Source of the DNA: a virus
Direction: 5' to 3' (one strand)
DNA: 64,000 bases
Virus record (IMG/VR): IMGVR_UViG_3300044714_000052
Location: 3,580-67,579 of that record
Positions 1 through 8,488 of this stretch are shown here, one piece after another (the first letter of the stretch is position 1; each line of letters begins with the position of its first letter). Below the pieces are notes generated by a model. That model saw nothing but the letters and a program-made list of their open reading frames with translations. It was not told the DNA's origin and made no database searches. Both the position numbers and the translations under genes were made by a program.

Positions 1-25
1 AAAATCCCCGCGAAGGATCGCCTGC

Positions 26-268
26 TTATGGGCGATGCGTCTCCGATGCCCGAAGGGGCGCGTAACGCGCCCCTTCTCGCTGTTTCAGCCCACAACATGA
101 AGGATCAGAGCGGCCTGCCGGAGCGCGTGACAGACGTTCCCGGCGCAGCTTTGCAACGAATCTAGCGCGGTCTTTTCGCTTCTCCGCCAACTCTCGCACC
201 AGATTCGCGATCTGATTGTCCAGCGATGCGATACGCACTTCGGTCGGCGGCATCTCGTAGTCACTCAC
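26..268 (-). CDS. Hypothetical protein (coiled coil)
   Basis: GTG start after GGAGG, overlapping the upstream stop codon. Confidence 0.55.
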   Translation of the reverse strand: MSDYEMPPTEVRIASLDNQIANLVRELAEKRKDRARFVAKLRRERLSRAPAGRSDPSCCGLKQREGARYAPLRASETHRP

Positions 269-957
269 GCGGCATCCTCCGTCCTCGCGCGCCACGGCTG
301 GCCGGCGATCGTGTCGGGGATTTCGTCAACCACGTACAGCGGGCTTACTGGTTCTGGGCGGCGCGGAGGCGCCGGCTCATCTAGCCCATGCTCGCGGTGA
401 AGCTCAGCAAGCTCTTCCACGGTCATGCGCGATTCCCATTTCGGTAGCCGCGATTCGGAAATGCGAAATGTCTCGACAGTCCGCAACCGCCGCTGTACGC
501 CGGCGCGGCGCGCCTGTAGCTCTTCAGCGCACAATGCCCGTAGCTCGCCAGGCTTCGGGAACCACCGATTCGGCGGAACCGCGTTAATGTAGCGATCGAC
601 CGCATCGGCCAGCAAATCGAGCGGGATGTCGGCAAGCGCGTCGAGCCAAATGCCAGCGGTTATGTCGTCGCCTTCGCCATCAGCGCAGAACCACGATTGC
701 GGATAGCCGAACACGCGCCCGGCCTTGTCGAGGCAGGCGGCGCACTCCTTGCGGGCCGCGGGGATCAGCGCTTCCATCTCACTTGTCCGCAAAGTACCCA
801 ATGGAGCGCTACCATCGTCCAAATCCCGGCCGCCCATCCCCACACGAAACATTCCAGTGCGATCATTATCCCCTCCCGAGTGCGGCGCGGGCGAGCGCCC
901 CGCGGGCTGCGGCGATGCGTTGGTCGCGGACTTCAGGAATTGGCCGATCTGCTTCAT
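265..957 (-). CDS. Phage replication helicase loader/inhibitor-like protein
   Basis: W-x-D-A-L-x-D-I-P ... WFPKPGELR motif typical of G39P/P-like proteins; follows the initiator gene. Confidence 0.6.
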   Translation of the reverse strand: MKQIGQFLKSATNASPQPAGRSPAPHSGGDNDRTGMFRVGMGGRDLDDGSAPLGTLRTSEMEALIPAARKECAACLDKAGRVFGYPQSWFCADGEGDDITAGIWLDALADIPLDLLADAVDRYINAVPPNRWFPKPGELRALCAEELQARRAGVQRRLRTVETFRISESRLPKWESRMTVEELAELHREHGLDEPAPPRRPEPVSPLYVVDEIPDTIAGQPWRARTEDAA

Positions 958-1192
958 CTCCCCACCTTTCCCCGTTTAGCCAGGTAGCCGGATACGCGAT
1001 AAATCGCGGGTCAATGTCCTTGGTTTCAATGCCGTATTCGTAATATTTCTGGTGGATCAGCTCCTTCGGAGCCTTTCGGACGGCCCGCCGATACGCCATC
1101 CGCGCATGCCCTTTGTCTTTTTTGCGGGTCGATAGTTCCCAGAAGAGATCGAAATCGCTGTCGAGCGGTGAATAGCTACGAAGCGCGCTCAC
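866..1192 (-). CDS. Phage replication initiator C-terminal-type domain
   Basis: FDLFW..RKKDK..A..AY and YPATWLNGERW motifs. Confidence 0.75.
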   Translation of the reverse strand: MSALRSYSPLDSDFDLFWELSTRKKDKGHARMAYRRAVRKAPKELIHQKYYEYGIETKDIDPRFIAYPATWLNGERWGDEADRPIPEVRDQRIAAARGALARAALGRG

Positions 1193-1658
1193 AGCTCACC
1201 CCCTTTCCGCCTTCCATGATATGGCCACCCGGCCACCGGAAGAGAGCTTGTCCTTTGCTCTAGCCCCTCTCGGGACCGCGTACTCAGGTTCAGGACCGCG
1301 TTACCGATCCTCCCACCTTGTGGGCCGCCTCGGGCTCTTTTTTGAGCGAGCCCACGATGCAGGTTCGGACTCTGGCTGCACCGCCCAATCACTCTCCATC
1401 CCTGGCATGGCATGGCCGCTGGGCGCAGGGGGCGCGGAGCCAGCGATTTGTCGTTGCTGACTTGATTTGCGGAATCAGCGCCGCGGGGGGCGGCACATCC
1501 TTGCCAAACGGCTCCGGGGCGGTTATATGAGCCTCGGAATTCGATTGGGAATGCCGCCGCAAACCAATCGTCATAAGGCCGGGTCGGATTGGCGTCCGCT
1601 CGGCCTTTTCCACTTATTGGCACTGGGTTCCTCCGTCAAGTGAATTTCACCGCCCAGG

Positions 1659-2390
1659 TCAGAGTCTGCAAACTCGACAAGCAAGATTGTTGCGAAAAAG
1701 ATCGCCCTGTAGCTTCGCGCCCTGCGGTATCTCGCCGGCCTCGAACCTCAGCCTCAGTTCGGCCAAAGACGCCGGCCATGTGTCTCGCCCTGGCGAGCGG
1801 AATGTGTGGCCGGTTAACGATTCATCTGCTTCTGCGTCAGCATAAATCTCTGGATATTCGCGCCACAGAACCCACCATTCCCCTATGCGCTGCGCCCAGC
1901 ACCGCGCGCAGTCGGTGCGCTCCGGTATTTGAATGCCTCGTTGCTCTAGGAAGGCGAACACGTCTGATTCGCACATGGCGGCTTCCCGAAGCGGGAAGCG
2001 CATCGTGATCCCCGGCACAGCCGAATAGTCGCCGCCTTCTCGCTCAGGTTCGTCAGCCCGCAGCCCCACGTATACCATGGCTGGGGCATGCGGAAGCAAC
2101 CAAGCGGCAAATGTCTCGATCTTCAGTTCCCGCGTACACCACCGCTGCCGCCAATTCGGCAGTGCCTTATAATGCTCAATCAGCCCCTTCAGGCCGCCAG
2201 GGCGCATGACCGGAATGATGTCGGAACCGAGGATGTCCCGCATGCGGCGCAGATGAGCCCACCACGGCGGCAGCTCATCCCCTGTCGGTGTGCAGACGTA
2301 CACGTAATCCGCCGGCTCATTCTCCTTGAGCCAAAGTGCGACGGTCGTGCTGTCCTTTCCGCCAGATATGGGGACAACCAGCATCCTCAT
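1659..2390 (-). CDS. Phosphoadenosine phosphosulfate reductase family protein
   Basis: SGGKDS PP-loop, RWCT..LK, VGLRADE..R, FPL and CxxC motifs. Confidence 0.85.
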   Translation of the reverse strand: MRMLVVPISGGKDSTTVALWLKENEPADYVYVCTPTGDELPPWWAHLRRMRDILGSDIIPVMRPGGLKGLIEHYKALPNWRQRWCTRELKIETFAAWLLPHAPAMVYVGLRADEPEREGGDYSAVPGITMRFPLREAAMCESDVFAFLEQRGIQIPERTDCARCWAQRIGEWWVLWREYPEIYADAEADESLTGHTFRSPGRDTWPASLAELRLRFEAGEIPQGAKLQGDLFRNNLACRVCRL

Positions 2391-2638
2391 AGTGCCTTCT
2401 GAAGTTGCACATTGAGCAGCGTTCGCGTAGCCCGCGCCAAATCCTCGATCAGCCAGTACCAGCGCGTGTATGCCGCCAACGTCGGCTTGCGCTCGCCGCC
2501 TTCCCAGCTATAGAGCGCCGTCACAGTGCAGCCGGCGAGGCGCGCGAAGACCTTTGCTGGCATCCGCGTAGCGTGGCGCAGCGCGCGCATCATCGCCCGT
2601 TCCTCGGGCGACAGCTCGACCAGGACGCCCGCGATCAT
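2387..2638 (-). CDS. XRE-family HTH protein
   Basis: FARLAGCTVTALYSWEGGERKP; ATGA-coupled start. Confidence 0.75.
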   Translation of the reverse strand: MIAGVLVELSPEERAMMRALRHATRMPAKVFARLAGCTVTALYSWEGGERKPTLAAYTRWYWLIEDLARATRTLLNVQLQKAL

Positions 2639-2823
2639 TCGCACGGCGGAGGCTCCGGGAGTGGCATCCAGTGTGTAGGACGGCGTACATCGCCTGGGAA
2701 ACTGTTTTGCAATAATTGCCAACCAAATCCCGTCTCAATCAGGCCGGTCCCAAAGTTTCCGTAGTAAAACAGCATCCGAGTATCATCTTTTGGCGCCGTC
2801 TTAATCGGCTTCCACTCACTCAT
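2635..2823 (-). CDS. DUF551-like phage protein
   Basis: WKPIKTAPKD ... PTHWMPLPEPP. Confidence 0.8.
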   Translation of the reverse strand: MSEWKPIKTAPKDDTRMLFYYGNFGTGLIETGFGWQLLQNSFPGDVRRPTHWMPLPEPPPCE

Positions 2824-3365
2824 CGTCGCCACCTCCACTTGAGCGCGTCGCGCAGTTCCGGGTGCATCTGCCCGGCCTTCTGGTGGCACAGCTTCATGTG
2901 TTCGGGGCAGAACGAGGCTCCGACGACCGCGACCTTCTCATCGCAGTAATGCCAGCCGCCCGCCCGCACGTCGCCATGAATGAACCGGCATCCTTGCGGC
3001 ACCGGGTACGCGGCTAGGCGCTCATCCATCGTCGATCTCGCGCCCCTGGAAGGATGCCCTCTGTACGTGGATAGGCGGTTGAGTCTGCCGATCAGCGCAT
3101 TCCTCGTGCAGCCGATTCGCTCGGCGGCTTTTCTGAGAGTTTCGCCGGCATGAGCGGACTCCAAAGCCTCCGTGGTGCGCGCAGGGTCATCGAGCCAGAA
3201 TGGCGAGTTATGCGCTGGCCGATGAACGCGAAGCTCGCTAGCCTTTGATGTCACTGCAATAACAGTGCGGCCGACAACGCACGCTATGGCCTCTCTGGAG
3301 ACTCCCGGTATTGGCCAGAGCCGCATCAGGTCGTGTTCTTGGCGCTCGGTCCAGGGCATTCCCAT
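2820..3365 (-). CDS. gcrA: GcrA-like cell-cycle regulator
   Basis: MPWT N-terminus, TRNALIGRLNRL, C-terminal CRFIHGD...YC...SFCPEH. Confidence 0.75.
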   Translation of the reverse strand: MGMPWTERQEHDLMRLWPIPGVSREAIACVVGRTVIAVTSKASELRVHRPAHNSPFWLDDPARTTEALESAHAGETLRKAAERIGCTRNALIGRLNRLSTYRGHPSRGARSTMDERLAAYPVPQGCRFIHGDVRAGGWHYCDEKVAVVGASFCPEHMKLCHQKAGQMHPELRDALKWRWRR

Positions 3366-3619
3366 CACACCGACTCCCGATTCGCATCTGCGGAAAGGGA
3401 GCGCATGAATGCCTCGCGCTGCCCGTAAGCAATCCGCACCGCCCCGCCGCAGGAACAGCAGGCCGGGGTGCCGGTGTTCGCTCCTGGGCAAGCTGCATAC
3501 GGCTCCTCTACCCAGCACGGCTGTCCGCGCGTGCACTCGGCCGGCCGATTGGCCTCCCGCAGCGGCCGGAACCGCACGATTGCAGCCTCGTGGTCGTGGC
3601 GTTTGCTCTTCAGCATCAT
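3365..3619 (-). CDS. Hypothetical Cys-rich protein
   Basis: Stop/start coupled ORF within the operon. Confidence 0.5.
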   Translation of the reverse strand: MMLKSKRHDHEAAIVRFRPLREANRPAECTRGQPCWVEEPYAACPGANTGTPACCSCGGAVRIAYGQREAFMRSLSADANRESV

Positions 3620-3870
3620 TGGTCCTCCGAATCGCCAATAAAGATGCGTCTCCGCATGCTGCCGATGTCGGCTAGGACTGACCCGGTGGTTTTATCGGCA
3701 GATACGATCCGATATCCGCATTCGACCAACTCGTGGACGACCGGCATCGCCCGCATCTCGCGGAAATACTCGCAGCGCTCGGCACGCAGCCGCCGCGCAA
3801 GGTCATCCGCGTCCTCGATGTCGGCAGTGCAGCCTGCGATCAGCCGTTCGTACTCGTCTCGCGTCCTCAT
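3616..3870 (-). CDS. Hypothetical protein
   Basis: RBS present; coupled ORF. Confidence 0.55.
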   Translation of the reverse strand: MRTRDEYERLIAGCTADIEDADDLARRLRAERCEYFREMRAMPVVHELVECGYRIVSADKTTGSVLADIGSMRRRIFIGDSEDQ

Positions 3871-3882
3871 GGGTGGGGCTCC

Positions 3883-4092
3883 CTACAGCAGTGCGATTTG
3901 TTTGGGCTTCTCATAGACAGCTTGAGTGCCGCCTTTAGCAACGCACGTCATGACCTGCACAATGAGCGCGCCGGATGCGAAGTCACGCTCGCAGTCGAGA
4001 TCGGCGAATTTCCCGCAAGCCCGGCAGCGGCAGGGTACCTGCCGGGTCTCTGGATCGGGCTCGCCGCATCCCATGTCCCAAGGACAAGCCAT
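3883..4092 (-). CDS. Hypothetical Cys-rich protein
   Basis: TAATG-coupled start (MACPWDMG), CxC/CxxC. Confidence 0.45.
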   Translation of the reverse strand: MACPWDMGCGEPDPETRQVPCRCRACGKFADLDCERDFASGALIVQVMTCVAKGGTQAVYEKPKQIALL

Positions 4093-4496
4093 TACGCTGG
4101 CCTCCCCGCTGAACGCCCGCTCTTGTTCTTCCGTATCCGCGCCGCGCCAGTGATCTTGACAATTACGCCGCAGCAAGCCTCCACAAGGGCAATGCGCAGC
4201 CGGGCGATGTCGGTCTGATAAGACTTGAAGTCCTCAACCACATCGCGGCCATTCTCGCGATAGACAAAATCGGCGGTGAACTTCACCTCGCGGCCATTCG
4301 GGAAACCCTCACTGCGGATCAGGATCGGCTTGCCACCAACGCACAGCGGAAACTTCACCTGACGCCGCAGCTCGGATATCTCGCCGGCCCGCACCAGCAA
4401 TTGCAGCTCGTGCCATCGGCGCAATTCGCCCTTGCTGTCAAACACGATGCCGGTGAACTCGTCAGTTCGATCAGCCACCGAAGCGCGCTTGATCAC
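4092..4496 (-). CDS. DUF1064-family endonuclease
   Basis: GIVFDSKGE..RW..L, LRRQVKF, ADFVY, VVEDFK. Confidence 0.85.
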   Translation of the reverse strand: MIKRASVADRTDEFTGIVFDSKGELRRWHELQLLVRAGEISELRRQVKFPLCVGGKPILIRSEGFPNGREVKFTADFVYRENGRDVVEDFKSYQTDIARLRIALVEACCGVIVKITGAARIRKNKSGRSAGRPA

Positions 4497-4798
4497 GCCG
4501 CCGCGACCTCTTCGCCGAATTCCTGCTTGATCGCGGCACGGCCGAGCGGTGTGTCCGCCAGTTGCGTGAGCGCATTGCGGTACGTGTCGAGTATGTCCTG
4601 CTCTTCCCGCACATCGTCGGCATCACGTTTGCGCTCGGCGATCAGCTTGCGTAGGACTTTGGTGTCCAGCCCTAAGGCCTTGGCCTCCGCAAAAATCTCT
4701 TTTACGTCGGCGGAGAGCGCAGCCTTCTCTTCATTCATACGCTCGATCCGAGCCACAAACTCTTTGAGACGGGCGGCCGGTATCGGTATCGGCATCAT
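4493..4798 (-). CDS. DUF2312 / GapR-like nucleoid protein
   Basis: LKEFVARIERMNEEK..L..DVKEIFAEAK..G.D.KVLR. Confidence 0.9.
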   Translation of the reverse strand: MMPIPIPAARLKEFVARIERMNEEKAALSADVKEIFAEAKALGLDTKVLRKLIAERKRDADDVREEQDILDTYRNALTQLADTPLGRAAIKQEFGEEVAAA

Positions 4799-4949
4799 GT
4801 GGGGAACCTCCCGTTAACCAGTTAACCGTTAAGGGTTTGTTACAACTTTACCGATTGACATTCGGTACGAAGTGTGCAGAGTAAAGAGCGTAACTTAATC
4901 GTCGGGAACTCAACGGGATGCGCACAGACGCATGCGGCCGATTCGCTGA

Positions 4950-5117
4950 TCATTGCCTGGCCTCTTTAGCGACCGCGCGGTCGTACATGGCCCACAGGAA
5001 GTCGATGTCGGCGTGCAGACGGTGAATCTCGTCCCACAGCACGACCAACCGGCGCCGCAGCGCGACACTGCCGCCGTTGCGGGCCACGCGGCCTTGATCG
5101 GAGGCGATGGTCGTCAC
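4950..5117 (-). CDS. Small hypothetical protein (55 aa, below the ORF-track cutoff)
   Basis: GTG overlaps the stop of the 5114 ORF; reads MTTIASDQGR...AKEARQ. Confidence 0.4.
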   Translation of the reverse strand: MTTIASDQGRVARNGGSVALRRRLVVLWDEIHRLHADIDFLWAMYDRAVAKEARQ

Positions 5118-5677
5118 GGCTTCCCCGCGCCGCTGCCGGTGTGTGTTTCAGCCGGCGCGTTCAATCGGGCATGCAACGATTGCCGGCGCGCGAGGATGGC
5201 AAAGATCACGAGGAGCGCTGCCATGATGATGCAGCCGTTCGGCTCGCTTACCGCAGCGCCCGGCATGCCCGGCACACTGGACCCGCAGTCGGAGATGCAG
5301 CCCGATGTCCCGGTCAGGCTCGGCGGCGTGTTGAGGAAAGATGGTGAGCCGGCAAACGCGGACGGGATCAGCTCGGCGCCGATGCCCGATGGCAGCCCGG
5401 CCCCGTATCCGAGCCCGCTGCCGCCCGAGTCGAACCCACCGTATCCCCCGATGTCGCTCGGCGGCGCTATCGCGGCGACTGGTCCGGGCGCGATGAATGG
5501 GTGCCAGACCCACGCGAGCGGCGGGATGGCGAGAACCGGCGGGACAGAGCAAGTCCAAACCCAACGTCCAAGATGATGATGTCGAGCCAGAAGGCCGCGG
5601 CCATGACGATGAAAATGATGTCGAGCCAGTGGCGCATGCGAGGTAATCCACTTCCAGCAGTTGCTCAGCGGGGTCAT
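5114..5677 (-). CDS. PEP-CTERM-like sorting-signal protein
   Basis: Gly/Pro/Ser-rich body, then VSEP + hydrophobic helix + RR. Confidence 0.6.
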   Translation of the reverse strand: MTPLSNCWKWITSHAPLARHHFHRHGRGLLARHHHLGRWVWTCSVPPVLAIPPLAWVWHPFIAPGPVAAIAPPSDIGGYGGFDSGGSGLGYGAGLPSGIGAELIPSAFAGSPSFLNTPPSLTGTSGCISDCGSSVPGMPGAAVSEPNGCIIMAALLVIFAILARRQSLHARLNAPAETHTGSGAGKP

Positions 5678-5871
5678 TCGGCGGCTCGCTGCTCGGCCGC
5701 CTCAACGACCTGGCTAAGCGTAATAACTTGTGAATGCAGCGGTTCAGTCTCACCGCCAATCCAACGGTAGTAGGTTGACAATCCGATCCCGAGCCGCCGG
5801 GCGATATCTCGGGTCGATAAGCCCGCGAGGCGTGCCCGCTGGTCGAGGTCGAGGAAGGAGGGCAAATCCAT
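5674..5871 (-). CDS. Cro-like HTH regulator
   Basis: LSTRDIARRLGIGLSTYYRWIGGETEP; first gene of the leftward operon. Confidence 0.8.
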   Translation of the reverse strand: MDLPSFLDLDQRARLAGLSTRDIARRLGIGLSTYYRWIGGETEPLHSQVITLSQVVEAAEQRAAE

Positions 5872-5877
5872 GCCCTT

Positions 5878-5906
5878 AATTTTTCCCAACGTTGGGAACT
5901 TGTCAA
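5878..5906 (-). promoter_or_regulatory. Leftward early promoter with operator TTCCCAACGTTGGGAA
   Basis: TTGACA (5906-5901), 17-nt spacer containing most of a perfect 16-bp palindrome (5883-5898), AT-rich -10 region. Confidence 0.7.
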
Positions 5907-5959
5907 GCGCCGTCATTCGGGATGCGGAGGCTTTTGTTCCTCCGCTAATTTCTCAGCCG

Positions 5960-6409
5960 ATGAGCGAACGCCGACCGAGCGACGACCTTGCTGAATTACA
6001 GGGAATGATGAGGCTGACGGGCCGGACGGTTTCTGGGCTCGGGGAAGTCGCGCTGCCCCGGATTAATCCTTCGACCCTGAACAAGGCATGGAACAGGCTG
6101 GTTCAGGGGAAAGGGAAGCGACCCATCACCCGCACGATGGAAAGCCTGCGCCGAGGGCTCCGCGACAAGGGTTATAAGGATGCGGACTGGCTCACGTCGG
6201 GAATAGATTTGCAGCTTTTAACCATCGCCCTATCGGCGGTGGCGAAGGCCGAGGAGACAATCCGTCCTGAGACGGCCCCGGCTGCGGCGGCCATGGTAAA
6301 GCGCATCATGGACCGGCTCGCAAGCCAGCCGGAGCTATCTCACGAAACTGCCGTCGCCGTCGGTGATGCGGTCGCTGAGGAGTTGCGAATCAGTCTCCCC
6401 CGCAAGTAA
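5960..6409 (+). CDS. Putative immunity repressor (divergent)
   Basis: Divergent from cro; weak HTH-like INPSTLNK segment; no S24 peptidase domain visible. Confidence 0.5.
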   Translation: MSERRPSDDLAELQGMMRLTGRTVSGLGEVALPRINPSTLNKAWNRLVQGKGKRPITRTMESLRRGLRDKGYKDADWLTSGIDLQLLTIALSAVAKAEETIRPETAPAAAAMVKRIMDRLASQPELSHETAVAVGDAVAEELRISLPRK

Positions 6410-6568
6410 TTTACTCGCCGCACCGATCAGCACTAAAGCCATCCAACGGGGCGCATCAATAGTCGCCTCCCCATTCCTTTCTCGAAGCTGAGCGGCGACG
6501 TTGTGTAACTCCCTGACTATCTCGCCATTCCCTTGCCCTGACGGCATTTTTCGTTGATCCTGATACAA
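6335..6568 (-). CDS. Hypothetical protein
   Basis: ORF only. Confidence 0.3.
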   Translation of the reverse strand: MYQDQRKMPSGQGNGEIVRELHNVAAQLRERNGEATIDAPRWMALVLIGAASKLLAGETDSQLLSDRITDGDGSFVR

Positions 6569-6709
6569 GGTTCAGCACCCCTTTGCCTCTTTGCCCGCAA
6601 TATAGGCGCGTTCGGGCCATTGTCGATAGCAAACTTCTGGACGCAAAAGGGGACGGAAACGCGCATCCAGAGACAGATTTAAAAAATTCCTAGACATACG
6701 ATTTTACCG

Positions 6710-6741
6710 TTGACGGGAATTCCCGAAGATGGGAATATGTT
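6710..6741 (+). promoter_or_regulatory. Rightward early promoter with operator TTCCC-GAAGAT-GGGAA
   Basis: TTGACG at 6710 preceded by an AT tract; inverted repeat 6719-6736 with the same half-sites and spacing as at 5883. Confidence 0.65.
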
Positions 6742-6836
6742 GCCTGAAACACGATGAGGGAGCCGCCCGATGTCGCAGCCGCCCGACGACACACCCGCCC
6801 CGCCGAAACCCAAGCCGTGCCCCAGGGAGGACTAAA

Positions 6837-7022
6837 ATGTTGCGCGAGATAGCGGTGTTTATCGTAGGAGTCATTTCGGGCGCGGTGGCTGCCCTGTGGG
6901 TGGCCGATCACATGCTCACCCGCGGATCACATGCTCACCCGCGGAAGAGCTGCCGCCGTCAAAGCGGCAGCAGAACAGGCCGAGTTGCGGGGGCCCAGGC
7001 CGTGACAGACGAGATACAATAA
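6837..7022 (+). CDS. Small membrane protein
   Basis: GGAGG RBS; one N-terminal hydrophobic helix. Confidence 0.55.
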   Translation: MLREIAVFIVGVISGAVAALWVADHMLTRGSHAHPRKSCRRQSGSRTGRVAGAQAVTDEIQ

Positions 7023-7039
7023 AGGGAGATATTGTTGTC

Positions 7040-7783
7040 ATGAACTCAACGCTGACACCCGAGATCATCGTTGAACGGATCGCGCATTTTGGCCCCTTAA
7101 AGGCCGGGGCGCATAAGCCGAATGGCGAAGCCTGCATTATGGAAGTCGCCGCCTTTGTGGCCGGCGAGCCATGGTCGGATCATCCTGAATGCGTATGCCC
7201 GGTGCTCGGTGCGTTCCTTCGCGCTTGGAATGATGCGCTGCCGGACGATGACCGCGATCGGCTTCTGCGACCGTTAATTCCGCAGTTGCTCAATACAAAA
7301 GGCTCGGTGTCGCTAGAGAGACGGCGGTCTTTAATGGCGGCCGACTGGTTTATTCGGACGCACACGCCGGCATGGCTGCGCCTCGCTGGGCTCACAGTGC
7401 ACGCCGATGCTCTCGCGACACTCCCGGAAATCACCGGTATGGCACAGTTCCCGTCCCTTCGCGGCCCCGTTGAAGCCGCGCGGCGAGATGCGAACGCAGC
7501 CAGGGCCGCAGCCTGGGACGCAGCCAGGGCCGCAGCCTGGGACGCAGCCGGGGACGCAACCTGGGACGCAGCCGGGGACGCAGCCAGGGACGCAGCCAGG
7601 GCCGCAACCTGGGACGCAGCCAGGGACGCAGCCAGGGCCGCAACCTGGGACGCAGCCAGGGACGCAGCCAGGGACGCAGCCAGGGCCGCAGCCTGGGACG
7701 CACTGGAACCGACTAGGAGCGAATTACAGCAATCCGCTTTGGCCCTGGTCGAGCGGATGATTGCGGCCAGCGAGCCGCAATGA
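7040..7783 (+). CDS. Conserved phage protein with AARD/AAWD repeats
   Basis: GAH...CIME..A.VAGEPWSDHPECVCPVL N-terminus seen in many temperate phages. Confidence 0.8.
   Translation: MNSTLTPEIIVERIAHFGPLKAGAHKPNGEACIMEVAAFVAGEPWSDHPECVCPVLGAFLRAWNDALPDDDRDRLLRPLIPQLLNTKGSVSLERRRSLMAADWFIRTHTPAWLRLAGLTVHADALATLPEITGMAQFPSLRGPVEAARRDANAARAAAWDAARAAAWDAAGDATWDAAGDAARDAARAATWDAARDAARAATWDAARDAARDAARAAAWDALEPTRSELQQSALALVERMIAASEPQ
7495..7702 (+). repeat. 12-bp tandem coding repeat (gggacgcagcca / gggccgcagcct variants)
   Basis: Directly visible; encodes AAR(D/A)AAWD tetrads. Confidence 0.9.
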
Positions 7784-7980
7784 GCGCCGTAATGGCCGCG
7801 CCCGAATGCGACATCGCCGACATCGAGTGCCGCACGATCCTGCTGGCGCGCGACCTCGACGACTGGACGGACAGCAGCATCGGGAATGTGATGCGGCCGC
7901 ATCTGCCGGAGTTGCGGGCGTACAGCGAGCGGCTGGCGGCGATCATCGGCGCGGCTGAGACATTGGTGAAGGAGAGATGA
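7780..7980 (+). CDS. Hypothetical protein
   Basis: ATGA-coupled. Confidence 0.55.
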   Translation: MSAVMAAPECDIADIECRTILLARDLDDWTDSSIGNVMRPHLPELRAYSERLAAIIGAAETLVKER

Positions 7981-8171
7981 TGATGAACCCGACCATCCGC
8001 GCTGTCTCGCACGAAAACCGGCGCCGGCACGCGTCTGCTTTGCGTCCGATCGCGCTGCCGCAACAGGGCGAGGCTGAGAAGCCTTTCATGGTTCCGGCAG
8101 GTTCGGAGCGCTGCGGATTGCCGGACGCGCTCACTGTACCGCTGTCGGAGATGGCGGAGGTGCGGCTGTGA
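7977..8171 (+). CDS. Hypothetical protein
   Basis: RBS, ATGA-coupled. Confidence 0.5.
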   Translation: MMMNPTIRAVSHENRRRHASALRPIALPQQGEAEKPFMVPAGSERCGLPDALTVPLSEMAEVRL

Positions 8172-8488
8172 GCGAGAAATGGACGGCCGGTCCGTGGCGC
8201 CTACGGAGATCGACCCCATCAGAGGGGGTGGATGTTTATTGGCTTCTCGCCGGCGACAGTGATCTGGGGTCGATGTGCGGTGGGTATCCGTACCATGAGT
8301 GCCGCGCCAACGCGGTCCTGGCCGCGGCGGCGCCTGAGCTTTACAGAGCACTGGATGATGCTCGGGTGGCCCTGGAGGAAGCGGCCAAGGTTCTCGCGCG
8401 GCATTCCCCATCGCTGGCGAACAATATCGTCAACCAATGTGCCATACGATGCGCGGATATGCTTGCCAAGGCGCGGGGTGAGCCATGA
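8168..8488 (+). CDS. Conserved phage hypothetical protein
   Basis: WTAGPW ... ANAVLAAAAPELYRAL motif. Confidence 0.75.
   Translation: MSEKWTAGPWRLRRSTPSEGVDVYWLLAGDSDLGSMCGGYPYHECRANAVLAAAAPELYRALDDARVALEEAAKVLARHSPSLANNIVNQCAIRCADMLAKARGEP

Noticed and set aside
4814-4832. Three TTAA boxes upstream of the GapR-like gene as a CtrA site
   Set aside because: Spacings are 4, 3 and 11 nt, not the canonical TTAA-N7-TTAA; at most half-sites
7495-7702. Tandem repeat as a possible CRISPR array or DGR repeat
   Set aside because: 12-bp in-frame units with no spacers, encoding the common AARDAAWD phage repeat; no cas or reverse transcriptase gene in the window
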